Position numbers and translations under genes: made by a program. The notes beneath the pieces are model-generated. The model had not been told where the DNA came from, ran no database searches, and was given only the letters and a program-made list of their open reading frames with translations. Shown here in pieces: positions 13,749 through 26,585 of a DNA stretch of 64,000 bases; position 1 is the first letter of the stretch, and every line of letters starts with the position of its first letter. The stretch is from Eledone cirrhosa (taxonomy: Eukaryota): the NCBI GenBank assembly GCA_964016885.1, contig OZ024745.1:125240001-125304000 (forward strand), read 5' to 3'.

Positions 13749-13934
13749 GTTTCTACTTTTGGCACAAGACCAGCAATTACTCAGTACGTTATTGGTACTT
13801 TATTTTAACGACCCCGTAAGGATGAAAGGCAAAGTTAACCTCGGCGGGATTTGAACACAGAATGGCAAGGGCCGTAACTCTATGCGTCAAAGTATGGCGT
13901 CCGACCCTCTACCGATACTGCCAATCTACCACCC
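13749..13934 (-). mobile_element. tRNA-derived SINE with a Meta/MESC-like central domain
   Basis: Reverse complement of the window consensus ggattggcagtatcggtagag...gttcaaatcccgccgaggttaactttgcctttcatccttacggggtcgataaaataaagtaccag...ccttgtgccaaaagtagaaac. Confidence 0.9.
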
Positions 13935-14899
13935 TTTCCAAATAATGCAGTCTAGCCAGAAGCAAATAATTCTGTATATTTTTAATTTCGTGTTGCATTA
14001 CGAAGAAGTTTATTTGCTAAGATATCAAAGTTTCATCCTTAGCTCACAAATCATGTTTCTATTTTATTTGTTGGATTTCTTTTTGCAGAACTGACATATG
14101 TTGTTTATAACTAACATTAGGAAAAGTTTTGTTTACAAATACTATCATCAAATCGTACAGCTTCTTTTGTTTCTTTTCCTACTCATTAATTGACTAGACA
14201 GATTGTTCCTATTCATTTGAATTCGACAAATATTTTCTTGATACACGCCACTATCAATGGTGTACAAAGCTATTTTTTAGGGATATATTTCCACTTTTCC
14301 CTCGTTACTATTTCAAATTTAATCTCTTTCATCTATTTCTGCTTTTCATTTTAACAGGAGAAACTATTATACCCACATAATTGATTCATAAATCAAACAC
14401 AACCATTAAATTTATAACGGCAAGGGATGTGGTTGTGAGGAATTATTATGTTGACCAGATCATATCTGATCGAGTAGAGATATGACCAAAGACATTCCAC
14501 CATATTTCACATAGCCCCAGTTTGATGCGAATACATTATTTTTACTGTTGTATTGTATCGTGTGATACATTATAAATTGTTCAAATATAACTTCATACGG
14601 TATATTACGTAATAGATAAAATAAGGAAAATTGGCTACGCTCAAAATACTGAAGACTCTATGGAATTCACACCGTGGTGACGCGTGTTTAAAAATGCCCA
14701 TGCCAGTATTCCGGACTGCAACAAGCTGTGACGTCACACACTTCATAATTCATGAAGTATTTGAATTTATCACAGATAGTCAGGGCTATGAGGATGAGGT
14801 AAATTTACTAAAACATACCTACATTAAGCTAGTAAATGGGGATTCCGCGTAATATTGACATGTGCCTAAACAGTTAATTCCATCTTTGGGGCAATTTCT

Positions 14900-16350
14900 T
14901 GACTCCTTATGGAATGCAATTTCAAAGAAGCATCGTTTATACAGTGTCATCTGAAGGTGAAATAAAACAAAGGACATAGGAACAACAGAACGAAGAACCA
15001 AAGAGCAAGACACAGCTTAAAATAAAACTAGATTTTATTATCAATATATATTTGTTAATAACACATAAAACGATTTCCGTGACTGAGCAAGAAATGACCA
15101 AGTTTAAGAAAAATTCCATTTTATTGGGATGAGCAAATGCAATGATAAAGTAACAACTTGCGCATCTATTTCTTCAACTTTACTGGAACGTCGTTATTCT
15201 GGCCACTCATTATCATTGTGATTTGCAATCAACTTATATGAAATTAAGTTGACAGGAATAATACTGACAATATTATTGGAGCCGATATTGCTCGTAGGAT
15301 GCGTTCATCATTATATCATACAGAGACAAATTTGCTATGTCATCAACACAACTGCATTCCAAGAATACTAGTAAACGTGATGTTGACATTCAATACGATA
15401 AGCTGAAGAGTTGTACAAACACACTCTGTTCGGCTGGAAAATTTGGGACTTGGGATTTTGATTAAACAATATTCAATTCCATTTACGGTTAATGAAACAG
15501 AATCCGCACTAGTGTTATCAAATGTTGCTTGCCTGAAGACCAACCTGTCTGTAACAGTCTCTTTAATTTAACTCCAAACATATAATCTTACTATTCTGTG
15601 ACCGTCTCAAATTCGTAAATCATGCGATTAATGACTTAAACTAAAACGCTTTCATTGAATCGAGTAATTCACCGTGGATAAGACGATTTGTAGTAATAAG
15701 AAATAATACACACTAAATCTTGTCATTTATTTCTCAACGAATATCAATATGCTTATTCTTCTCGAAGATTTCCCAGTGCCTCTCATTATATAAGATGATA
15801 CATCTACCGTCTTTTATTAAATATGTTCGTAAAATATGTTACAAATTTCCAATATACTCCAAACAAAACCTAAAATTACAATCGCCTGAAATTGCAAGAT
15901 TTTCTAACACAACAATGAAATTTGCAAAGCAGAAACATTCATTCCACCTTTAGACGTGATGAATATTGCGCGCAAAAACTAACTAGACAATGTTTCACCC
16001 TCTTATACGACTAGCTTTAAGAATGTCATTGTTTGCTCCCTGCGCTCTACTTCTACCAATGAGGCTCCTTATCATTGTCTTTCTATTTACAGACTTTAAC
16101 TTGGTAGACCTCTTTCTATATTCATGGATAATTTCTTTTGGTTCAGTTCTTAGAATAGAAAAACAATCGAGTATGAAACTTCAAATCATTTCTATGAAGG
16201 AGAAGTCGAACAATTCAGATGTGATGACAAATTTGGTTTTGTTCAGGATAAGAACAGCGTATCAGACACAGTCCCATGTCGTGATTCATTACAACGCCCG
16301 ACAATTGGAGTGATTAAACCTACGGGATCAAGCTCATCAATTGCTGACTC
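14900..16350 (-). pseudogene. Possible very old hAT (SPIN/GTF2IRD2-like) transposase remnant
   Basis: Only weak motifs are visible, such as LLFGSSFCC (~15000), which resembles FGSTYLCE of the hAT dimerisation domain. No continuous frame. Confidence 0.3.
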
Positions 16351-17802
16351 AATACCGGACTGCAATGACATTTCTGCCTTCTACACTTTGTTCAACCACA
16401 ATAATATTTCTCAAGAGAGAAACTAGTTAATTTATAGTAATAGAGCAATATTTTCACAGAGCCTTGTTAAGCCTCCACTTTTATTTATAAAGCTCGGCGT
16501 TTAAGGAAATCTATCAAACCAACGGGAATATTTAATTTATGAATTTATTACGTTATATTATTCCAATATAAAATCTAATTCTATATTGGTGTTATGTTAT
16601 TGCTGCAAAAGTTTTCTAATCTCATGGCTCATTGTATTGTCATTAAGGAGCACAAATATTGTAATTGATCTTTCATTTAGTAATACTATAATTAAATTAA
16701 TTTAATAACGTTATATATCCTAAGATGACATATTTTTCCTCCACTTAAAACTGAAATTTAGTTCTTAAAGTGAAGTATTGTATACATTTTACGTATGACC
16801 AACCACATTATAATATGTGTTTCCTGTGAGGGTAAGGTGTAATTCAATAAAAATGTCAATGTTATATAAGTATTTCTGTATAAGTAGAAGGACCGATTGC
16901 TAGATAGCTATAATTCCAGTTGGCAGTTCTGAGATTTTAAATGAAATTTTTTAAAGCAAAATATGCTTCATATCACCCAGTAAAGATTAGAATAATTTTA
17001 AAAAACGTATATTCACCCATTTTATAAATCATAGCCATGATGACATATAATGTATATATGTAACAATTTATGTATAGGTATTTTTACTTATTCTGCTCGA
17101 TGAAGCTTTTCAAAATATTAAAAAATCCAAATGGCAGCGTATAGTAGCAACCTTCGCAAATGTTATTTTGACATTTATGGAAACTAAAAAAATATCAAAT
17201 TAAAAAATAACTATGCAGAAAAGTAAGTATAAAAGAATACAAATTTAGCTCCCCCAAACAATTATATCGTTAAATCAACGTAACATCTGACAGGGTCTTC
17301 TTGGAAATTTCTTCTGACCAAAGGGACAGTGAATGTTTTTAAAGCATGCTTTATTTTAGTACTGATAAAGACTATAATTCAATGCGCGTGAGGGAGGATA
17401 TGTGTGTATGTGTATATATACCTTGGTAGCTAAACAGAGAGGCAGATAGATAGGTGGATAGATTATCAAATGGATAAAAACATTGTGAGATGATTGAGGG
17501 GAATGAAAATAAAAATTAAAAACGGTAAACGGTGACATTGAGTGAATAAATAATATAGAACTATTGAAACTTATTTTGTTTTTCCTTCAATCCTTCACGT
17601 CCTCCGATGTCGTCATTTCATTTTACTTTATTTGTTGCTGTTATATATTACTTTTTTCCAAATTGGTGAGTTTCAACCAGAGAAAGAGATAAGGAGATGA
17701 AGAAAAGAGAGAAACCAGGAGTGAAAGAAATATATAATTATAGTAAATAGTATAGTTAATACGAAGTATTGTGAGTTATATAATAAAAGAATGATAATAT
17801 TT

Positions 17803-18156
17803 AAAAAAAACAGTACTATGCGGTAGAAATATATATAAAGGACAACGGATGAAAAAACAAAATAATGTTTTACCCAGAATATTTCAACATGATATTTCAG
17901 GGCTAATACACCCATTTCAAACGTGAAGCTAAAACAATTCCTAACAAAAATGAACGATCGATGTATTTTTCCTCCAGTTAAAGAAAAACACATCACTGAT
18001 TCGTTTTTATTTTGAACTGATTCAGTTTCACATTTGAAACGAAGGTGTTAGCCCCGAAATATTGTTTAAATGTACTGCGTAAAACATTACTTTGTTTTTT
18101 TTTTATTTGTCATCCTTTCCTTTTATATATTTCCAACACATTGTATGGGCTTTTTG
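17803..18156. repeat. Old long imperfect inverted repeat (MITE-like fold-back)
   Basis: aaaaacaaaataatgttttacccag...atatttcagggctaa...tttcaaacgtgaagct pairs with agtttcacatttgaaa...ttagccccgaaatat...ctgcgtaaaacattactttgttttt. Confidence 0.6.
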
Positions 18157-18395
18157 CAAGCTGAGCTGTCTTTTATTGTAATTGTAGTAGCTTTTGCCTT
18201 CATCAGTGTTGCTATTGTTGATATATATATATATTGTTTCAGAAGAAGACGGTCTGATAATATACAGTTATATAATTGCTATACATCACACAATATGTCA
18301 ATATGATCAACGCGCCGAAACGATTGTAAAACAATGATATGAATAGGTAAAATAACTTGACTTTGTTGTTATTTTCATTGGTAACTTAATACCTA

Positions 18396-18427
<32 letters not shown>

Positions 18428-18457
18428 CATATATGTTTTTGTGTGTGTGTCTGTGTG

Positions 18458-18489
<32 letters not shown>

Positions 18490-18492
<3 letters not shown>

Positions 18493-18557
18493 ATGTATGA
18501 CCTCGACGGCAGAGCTCAAGCCGTTTCGACAGCTATTTCTTACCACAACTTCTTCGT

Positions 18558-18560
<3 letters not shown>
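18490..18560. mobile_element. Internally deleted member of the gaccccgacggc HHR-pLTR family
   Basis: The inverted arm gacctcgacggcagagctcaagccgtttcgacagct is fused to the tail end taccacaacttcttcgtta, between two (TA)n tracts. Confidence 0.7.
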
Positions 18561-18647
<87 letters not shown>

Positions 18648-18729
18648 TATGTGTGCGTGTGTATGTATGTGTGTATGTATGTGAATACATGTGTGTGTAG
18701 ATACACAGAGAGTGGCAATTCTGTTTATG

Positions 18730-18918
18730 GGAGGTCAGCAGTCAGCCATGCATACCTGTCTACCTTCTTCACACTAGTTATGTTGTCCAAGGAAAAGACA
18801 ATGTTCGATACAATTTAGCACAAATGACGTCGCAAATAATTTCTACCTCGACAATCCGGTCCGGGAATCGAAGTCACAATCTTACGATTGCAAGACCAAC
18901 GCTATAACCACTAAACTA
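18730..18918 (-). mobile_element. Diverged tRNA-derived SINE
   Basis: The minus strand starts with a tRNA-like tagtttagtggttatagcgttggtcttgcaatcgtaagattgtgacttcgattcccggac, followed by a non-tRNA body. Confidence 0.55.
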
Positions 18919-19099
18919 TATAATTACGTATATAATTACGCATGGCAAATAAATAGGTGTATCTATGTGTATGAGTGTTTGAGTCACTGCGTGTGTATAC
19001 CTGTGGGTGTGTGTGACTTTGAATATATATATATATATATAGCTCGATCGATTTACCATTGTCATTCCGTCTACTTCGTATTTCATTATATTATCACTC

Positions 19100-19830
19100 G
19101 GCAGTATCGGTAGAGAGTCAGGCGCCATGCTTTCTAGCATAGTTATGTCCCTTTATGATCTGAGTTCAAATCCCGCCGAGGTTAACTTTGCCTTTCATCC
19201 CTACGGGGTCGATAAGATAAAGTATCAGTCACGCACTGGGGTCGATTTAATCGACTTTCCCCTCCCCCTAAAAATTGCTGGCCTTGTGCCTATATAAGAA
19301 ACCATTATCACTCTAGAGGGCGGTGGATTGGCAGTATCGGTAGAGAGTCGGACACCGTGCATTGCAGCATAGAGATACGGTCCTTTACGGTCTGAGTTCA
19401 AATCCCGTCGAGGTTAACTTTGCCTTTCATCCTTACCGGGTTGATAAAATAAAGTACCAGTAACGTACTGAGGTCGATTTAATCGACTTTCCAAATTACT
19501 GGCCTTGTGCCTATATAAGAAACCATTATATTATCACTCTAGATTCTTCTGTTGAAGCATTCTTCGTCTTTTTACAATAATATACTCTTGTAATTTAAAA
19601 TTATTTATTATTAAATATGTATATGTGAATGTATTATGTACGTATGGGCGTATATATGTATTTATGTATGTATTTATGTATTTATGTATGTATGTATTTA
19701 TGTATGTATGGATTGGCAGCATTGGTAGAGGGTCGGACGCCATGCTTTGACGCATAGAGTTACGGCCCTTGCCATTCTGAGTTCAAATTCCGCCAAGGTT
19801 AACTTTGCCTTTCATCCTTACGGGGTCGAT
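19100..19830 (+). mobile_element. Cluster of three SINEs (19100-19303, 19318-19524, 19709-19830)
   Basis: Match the window SINE consensus. An attatcactc repeat flanks the first two, like a target-site duplication. Confidence 0.9.
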
Positions 19831-20896
19831 ACAATTCAATCCGAAGAAAGGATTGTCCTGAGAATAAAAATATATAATGCTGCAATTTTATTGGGTGAAT
19901 ATGCATACATATGATGATTACAGGTGACTATTCCAGATAAAACCCCAATAAAATGCAAACATATTAGGCCAGACATAGTGACGTAGGACAGATTACAGAA
20001 GACCTGAACAGTAAAAGAAATCAATTGCGCGCAAATATAATACTAAAGATTAGCGAAAAGATGAACATTCACACTGTTCTAATAAGGAATCTGCAAATAC
20101 TCCATCCTGACTAGACCTTTAGACTTGTACGTGCAATCATCTGAGCTCTTGGGCGTGTTAGGAACTCAATCCTCCCGTGTGTTTGACAATATGACTTGAT
20201 TACAGAGACGACTTCAAGCACAACCAATATATACCCGTCAAGTTAAATGCCCTACCGAAAAACAATATTTACCATGCAAATATAAAGAGTATCAGTTCCT
20301 TCACGATAAAACAAATATCGACTTCCAGGTATTAGATCTTTTGCCATTTCCAATATCACCGTGACCAGATTCAGCACCATGCTAAATTAATTCAGAAGAC
20401 AGCTATACTTACCACAGTGACGACAGAGATTAATGTAAACTAGATTTCAGCAAATACGACTCCAAAACAAGCCGTCACGTACGCAATGCCAGCTCGACAT
20501 AAGACAAGAGCCAGGCATGCGCAACGTATGCTTTAGATTGGGATTTATGTCAGCTGATTAATACTGCGAATAATTATTGGGCAAATCAATAAACAGTGTG
20601 AAACTTGATCTACTTATTTTCGTTTTTATTTGCATGACCATTTTTATTTAAGCTTGGTGCAAAATGTTCTCAAAGAAGCTTACGCTTCGGTATCATATTA
20701 CATACTAGTCAACGATGAAAAGATACTAAAAAGAATTAATGGTTCAAAGGTGTCATGGCGTCGTTCAGATTTCCGGTGAAATGGCAGGCAAAGATCCGGT
20801 CACGGGGTCAAGATGTGGACGCACAACAAAGATTATTGCTTCGATCTCTTAAGGGAAATAATATCATCTAATAAAAAAAATATATATTATATACAT

Positions 20897-21074
20897 ATTG
20901 GCAGTATCGGTAGAGGGTCGGACGCCATGCTTTGACGCATAGAGTTACGGCCCTTGCCATTCTGAGTTCAAATCCCGCCGAGGTTAACTTTGCCTTTCAT
21001 CCTTACGGGGTCGATAAAATAATGTACCTCTAATGCACTGGTTAATAGCTGGCCTTGTGCCAAAAGTAGAAACA
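20897..21074 (+). mobile_element. tRNA-derived SINE
   Basis: Near full-length match to the window consensus. Confidence 0.9.
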
Positions 21075-22949
21075 ATTATTATTAGATATATATTATATAA
21101 TATATTTATGAGTATAGTACAATACTGTTCAAATAAAGTATTATTGTGTTAAAGATGACGTCATAGACTGGATGTTAACAATATCAGTATATTGAATGTT
21201 GATATCCAACGTGGATGACGTCATAACCGGCAATACTATTGATTAACATGTGACTAAAACAAAGGTCATGACATCACTGACATCGAAAAACTTATAGTGA
21301 TATGGAAATATAGCATAGGCACCACATCAAAGGGACCACATATCATTGCTCTTGCCGAGAGAGGGGGTAACAAATCAGCAGACCCCAACACCACCACCAG
21401 TCGAGTCATTGGGTGTTCTAACCTTAGCTCGGGCTTATAAGTAAACCTTGCTGTCGTCCTGCTACCTCTTCACTTCCTCATCTCTTTCCTATTTCCTCGT
21501 CTTCCTTTTCTTCGTCTTCTTCTCATCATCCTCCTCCTCTTTCTCCTTCGTCTTCTTTACAAACTTATTCGTGGGAGGATAGCAGAGGCAGTGTTCTGAA
21601 GTATGCCTTCCGACAAGTCAGGCACAAATGTCGGAGGCAGCTATCCCTAATTGATCTAGCTCGACACCCCCTACCCCCCACCCCCCAAGCGAAACTTGCA
21701 AAGCTCATGGATGTAATCCAACACCATCTTGCTCGAAATCTAGATTTTGAGTCTTCCGTCGGCTAGTTTTTACCTGTGAAATATGTCAAACCGTCTCATG
21801 ACAGACGGTTTTAGAATCAGTTGGCTGGAATTTACAGACGGCATGGTACTCCTTCACTCGTCAGAATGTGATCACTGATATTCCTGGTATAGGCTTGACA
21901 TAGGAAAACCTTAATTTGCTATAATATAAAATCTTTAATTTGCGGTAAATATTCCCTACCGATTTCATCCATAGAACACAGAATTTCAATATTCGTTTTC
22001 TTGTTTAATATTGTCATTTTATGTCTCTTTTCGAAAGTAAATTTCATACATAAATTAATCTCGGATATATGATATTTTAACTATTTGTACTCTTCAATTT
22101 CCCAGGATATGATAGTTGTATTATCATTTATAATGTCGATGTTGATTTGTAACGTGGCTGCAAGATATAGCATTCGAGGTAATGTCTATCGTGACTCGTA
22201 TTGCCAAATTTGTTTCCGTCATGGCTGTTTCAAGCGACTTGATTATTGCTGATGTTTGTCATGAATGATCGGTCTGGTTAAGAGTAACAGGGCAATTTAT
22301 ATTGACACGTCTTGATTGCATTTCTAATCTACATAAATGTTTATTAGTGTTGTTACCTAGAGAGGTTTCAGAATTTCATTACTGTTTTTATTAATGTTTA
22401 AGTTATTTTTACGTTCGACAAACTTTGTTTTGTCGGCATAATTGTTTGGTGGTGAAATCACATATACTCTAGGTTGTATCCGACCCATTGCTGCTTTATT
22501 CTGTTCAATAAATAGGCCGTTACTGAGTCCGTAACACGAAGAAAAATGTGATTTATAGTTTCGCTTCCTACGGTAACTACTATTACTTTTCGCGTTGTTT
22601 TTCCTTGATTTTTCATTAGCGTTTTTGACGTTTACGTATGTATGTATGTATGTATCTATCTATCTATCTATCTATCTCCAAAATCACAGTGAGAGATGAC
22701 CCCTTAGCCTTTGTCAAGGCAGAATTCTGGGAGAAGGAAAACTCTGATACATCTGCAACACTGATGGTATCCAATGATGTTGACTTGTTCTTCTTTTTGG
22801 TAAATATCATCTTGGTTAAGAGAGTGGGACTGGCTTTGTGCAGTGCCTTTGCTCACTATAAAAGCCTTCACGGCACAGGCATTGCTTTATATCTGGAGAT
22901 CCCTCTGCACTTGTCGTCACATGGTACCATGGGCCTAGCACTATGTGTC

Positions 22950-23098
22950 AATAATTGTCACAAGTGTAGTGTTTATACCAGAGTTTTCAAGTCGCTGGCT
23001 GGACTAAAATGTCACACTCGTTCAGCGCATCGGTAGGGGTTCTCCTACGTGGATATAAAGTAGTGGCGGTACTCGAAAACTAGTTGGCAGCCACCATG
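22950..23098 (+). mobile_element. 3' end of an RTE-like LINE (C-terminal C2H2 finger plus short UTR)
   Basis: HKCSVYTRVFKSLAGLKCHTRSAHR* resembles the C-terminal C2H2 motif of RTE-clade ORFs and ends in a microsatellite. Confidence 0.45.
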
Positions 23099-23123
23099 TA
23101 TATATCTAGCTAGCTATCTATCC

Positions 23124-24033
23124 AAGCAGAAACGGCAATCAGCGGAGACTCCACTTCGACATTCTATAGGGGATTAGTGGAGGATAAATGCGACGACGTT
23201 CTCGGGGAAACTCTAGGCATCGAGGAAGACGAACTGACCAGTCTGTTCGGGAGGACTTTCCGTCCAGGGCCTATGGATAAATTCCAGAGGTCTCTGGCCT
23301 GGCAGTGCTACCGAGGAGCTCTACCAGTTCGAGACAAAATCTACAGGCACGGACGCCCTAGCAGAGATCCTGCCAAAAGGATCTGTCCAAGATGCGAGCA
23401 GGACATCGAAACCGTTCTGCACGCAATTGTTCAGTGCCCAGGGGTGACCGACCTGTGGAATTATGTCGAACAGCTACTGTCACATGGAGAACGCATCCAG
23501 TTGTCAGCCGAGTCCATTGTGAGGATCACCCCGCTGCCTTCATTTAAGAATGAAGGAGAGGCGGTCTTCCTCTGTCTGGTGGCTATGGTGAAAGAGGTAA
23601 TATGGTGGACGAGGTTAAAAGGACTGAGGGCAAGCACCTTTCTCTCCGGACAACAACTCATCCCCTTCTTTAAGTACCAATTCAGAAGGAAGGTGAGTGT
23701 GGAGAGAGAGGTGCTACACCCCAGTAAATTCGCTGACTGGTGGGTGAATGTGGCGAAAATGGCCCGGGTGAATGGGCCTTCTCTGTATACAAACCTGTAG
23801 GTTGAGGAAGATAAACAGAAGGAAGACGGGAACACCTACAAAACGTGTTCCTGGTGTTGAGGGTTGTTCTATCCACGGGCTGTAAAACAACCCCGCAGTA
23901 GCGTTACCTCCCCCACCTAATGGGGATTTCAATTGTTTTATTTTTATATAGTTTATTGGTATTTATCATTGTTAAAGATTTTATGTAAAACCCCCGCCTT
24001 CACGTCATTTTTGTAGGCCCCTGGGGCAAATAA
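23124..24033 (+). mobile_element. 5'-truncated Tx1/L1-like LINE (zf-RVT C-terminus plus 3'UTR)
   Basis: ORF 23177-23800 contains LAWQCYRGALPVRDKI...CPRCEQDIETVLHAIVQCPGV..LW (CCHC zf-RVT). The UTR ends in ggggcaaataaa. Confidence 0.85.
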
Positions 24034-24034
24034 A

Positions 24035-24828
24035 CTCTGTTGGGTAGGACTTTCCGCCCGGGACCTATAGACAACTTCCAGAGGTCCCTGGCCTGGCAGT
24101 GCTACCGAGGAGCTCTACCGGTTCGTGACAAGATCTACAGGCACGGACGCCCCGGCAGGGATCCTTCCAAGAGGACGTGTCCAACATGCGCGCAGGACAT
24201 TGAAATAGTCCTGCACGCAGTTGTACACTTCCCGGGCGTAACCGACCTGTGGAACTATGCAGAACAACTGCTGTCGCTTATGGGACAAATCCAGTTGACT
24301 GCCGAGTCCATAGTAAGGATCAAACCGCCAGCCTTTTTCAAAACGAAAGAGAGGCGGTTTTCCTCTGTACAGTGGCTATGGTGAAAGAAGTTATATGGTG
24401 GACGAGATTGAGAGGTCTGAGGACAGATGCCTTTCTCTCCGGACAACAATTGATTCCCTTCTTTAAGTATCACTTTAGAAGGAGAATCAGAGTGGAGAGA
24501 GAGGCACTGCACCCCAGTAAATTTACTGAAAGGTGGGTGAATGAAGCGAAAATGGCCCGTGTGATTGGGTCTTCTCTGTTTATAAGCCTGTAGGTTAAAG
24601 AAGAGAGCAAAAGGAAAAAAGGAGCACTTGCACAACACGCTCCTGGAGTTGAAGGTTATTCTATCGACGAGGTATTAAACAACCCATTTGTGGCGCTTCC
24701 TCCCTATTGGGGATTTCGATTGTTGTAATTATTTGTTTTTATATTTTTTACACGACTGTATGAAAAATCCCCGGCATGTCTTTGTATTGTCCCCTTTTCT
24801 TGTGCGCCCTTGTGGCATATAAAGAAAT
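24035..24828 (+). mobile_element. Second, diverged Tx1/L1-like LINE 3' end (frameshifted)
   Basis: ORFs 24040-24384 and 24249-24593 together reproduce the same zf-RVT protein. It ends in gcatataaagaaat followed by (ctat)n. Confidence 0.85.
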
Positions 24829-25239
24829 CTATCTATGTATGTGTGTATATAAAGATATCTATGTATGTGTGTATATAAGCATTTCTTTTGGTGTGTATGT
24901 ATGTGTGTGTATATATCTATGTAAGTGAATGTATGTACAGTGGCGCACTGGGTCTAACAATATTGGCTGTCAGGAGATAAAGAGCACCCACCCAGATATA
25001 AAATGCTATCATTTAATTTTTATAATGAATAAATAACATTTTCAAAACATACATAAGTGATAACAAAACAGTGCAATATAATTTGTAAGAGAAAATGTAT
25101 ATTTTTTACTATTTATAGTGTACTAGCTGGCCCGTCCGGCTGGCGTCTGGGTACCATTTTCGTGTTCACGGTATCCAGATATATATATATAGCTGACGTA
25201 CCTAGCTTCGCTTGGGTAAACAGACGATAAGCCGTCTGT

Positions 25240-25915
25240 GTAGTATAGTATTACTGTTGAAATAGTATAGTATAGTATTACTTTCGAAAATATAGAGTAT
25301 AGTATAGTGTTACTGTTGATAATATATAGTACAGTATTACTGTTGAAAATATATAGTATAGTATTACTGTTAAAAATATATAGTACAGTACAGTATTACT
25401 GCTGAAAATATATAGTATAGTATAGTATTACTGTTAAAAATATATAGTATAATATTACAGTTAAAAATATATAGTACGGTACAGTATTACTGCCGAAAAT
25501 ATATAGTATAGTATAGTATTACTGTTGAAAATATATAGTATTGTATAGTGTTACTGTTGAAAACATATAATACAGTATTACTGTTGAAAACATATAGTAT
25601 AGTATTACTGTTGAAAATATATAGTACAGTATTACTGTTGAAAATATATAGTATAGTATTACTGTTGAAAATATATGGTATAATATTACTGTTGAAAACA
25701 TATAGTATAGTATTACTATTGAAAATATATAATATAGAATAGTATGGCTGTTGAATACATATAGTATAGTATTAATGTTGAAAATATATAGTATAGTATG
25801 AAATATATAGTATAGTATAGTATTACTGTATAGTATTACTGTATAATAATATATAGTATAGTATAGTATAGTATTACTGTTGAAAATATACAGTACAGTA
25901 TTACTGTAGAAAATA
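25240..25915. repeat. Minisatellite with a ~27-37 bp unit, (tatag)n-tattactgttgaaaata
   Basis: About 20 directly visible tandem copies. Confidence 0.95.
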
Positions 25916-26022
25916 TGTACACGAATATATAATTATATATATATATACTGCATTAATATAATTAAATGTTGGTTAGAAGCGGAGTCAAAGCAGACAGGCA
26001 GCAAGACAGACAGATATTATAA

Positions 26023-26208
26023 GGGCAGCGGATTGGCAGTATCGGTAGAGGGTCGGACGCCATGCTTTGCAGCATAGAGTTACGTCCCTTTACGGTCTGA
26101 GTTCAAATCCCGCCGAGGATAAACTGCCTTCATCCTTATGGGGTCGATAAAATAAAGTACCAGTAATGCACTGATATAATTGCTGGCCTTGTGCCAAAAG
26201 TAGAAATA
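26023..26208 (+). mobile_element. tRNA-derived SINE (tail partly duplicated at 26300-26360)
   Basis: Matches the window consensus. Confidence 0.9.
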
Positions 26209-26481
26209 ATTTTAAGCGCGCGACATTATAACTATGTATCTATTTAAAAAGACAGAGTAAGAAAAAGAGAAGAATGTCATATTATATATATATTATATAT
26301 AATAAAGTACCAGTAATGTACTGGGATAATTGCTGGTCTTGTACAAAAAGTAGAAACAATTATATTTCTTTTTTATACAACTGTAAATAACATGTGTATG
26401 TATGTATATATACGTATATATACGTATAAATGAATGTTGTAATAAAATGTACAAATTAAACTGTCTCTTATTTATGATACT

Positions 26482-26585
<104 letters not shown>

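Noticed and set aside
14819-14865. Minus-strand segment with AG/GT boundaries
   Set aside because: It has stop codons in all three frames.
25240-25915. CRISPR-like regular repeats (also 42390-43092)
   Set aside because: There are no unique spacers, no cas genes, and the context is eukaryotic. These are minisatellites.
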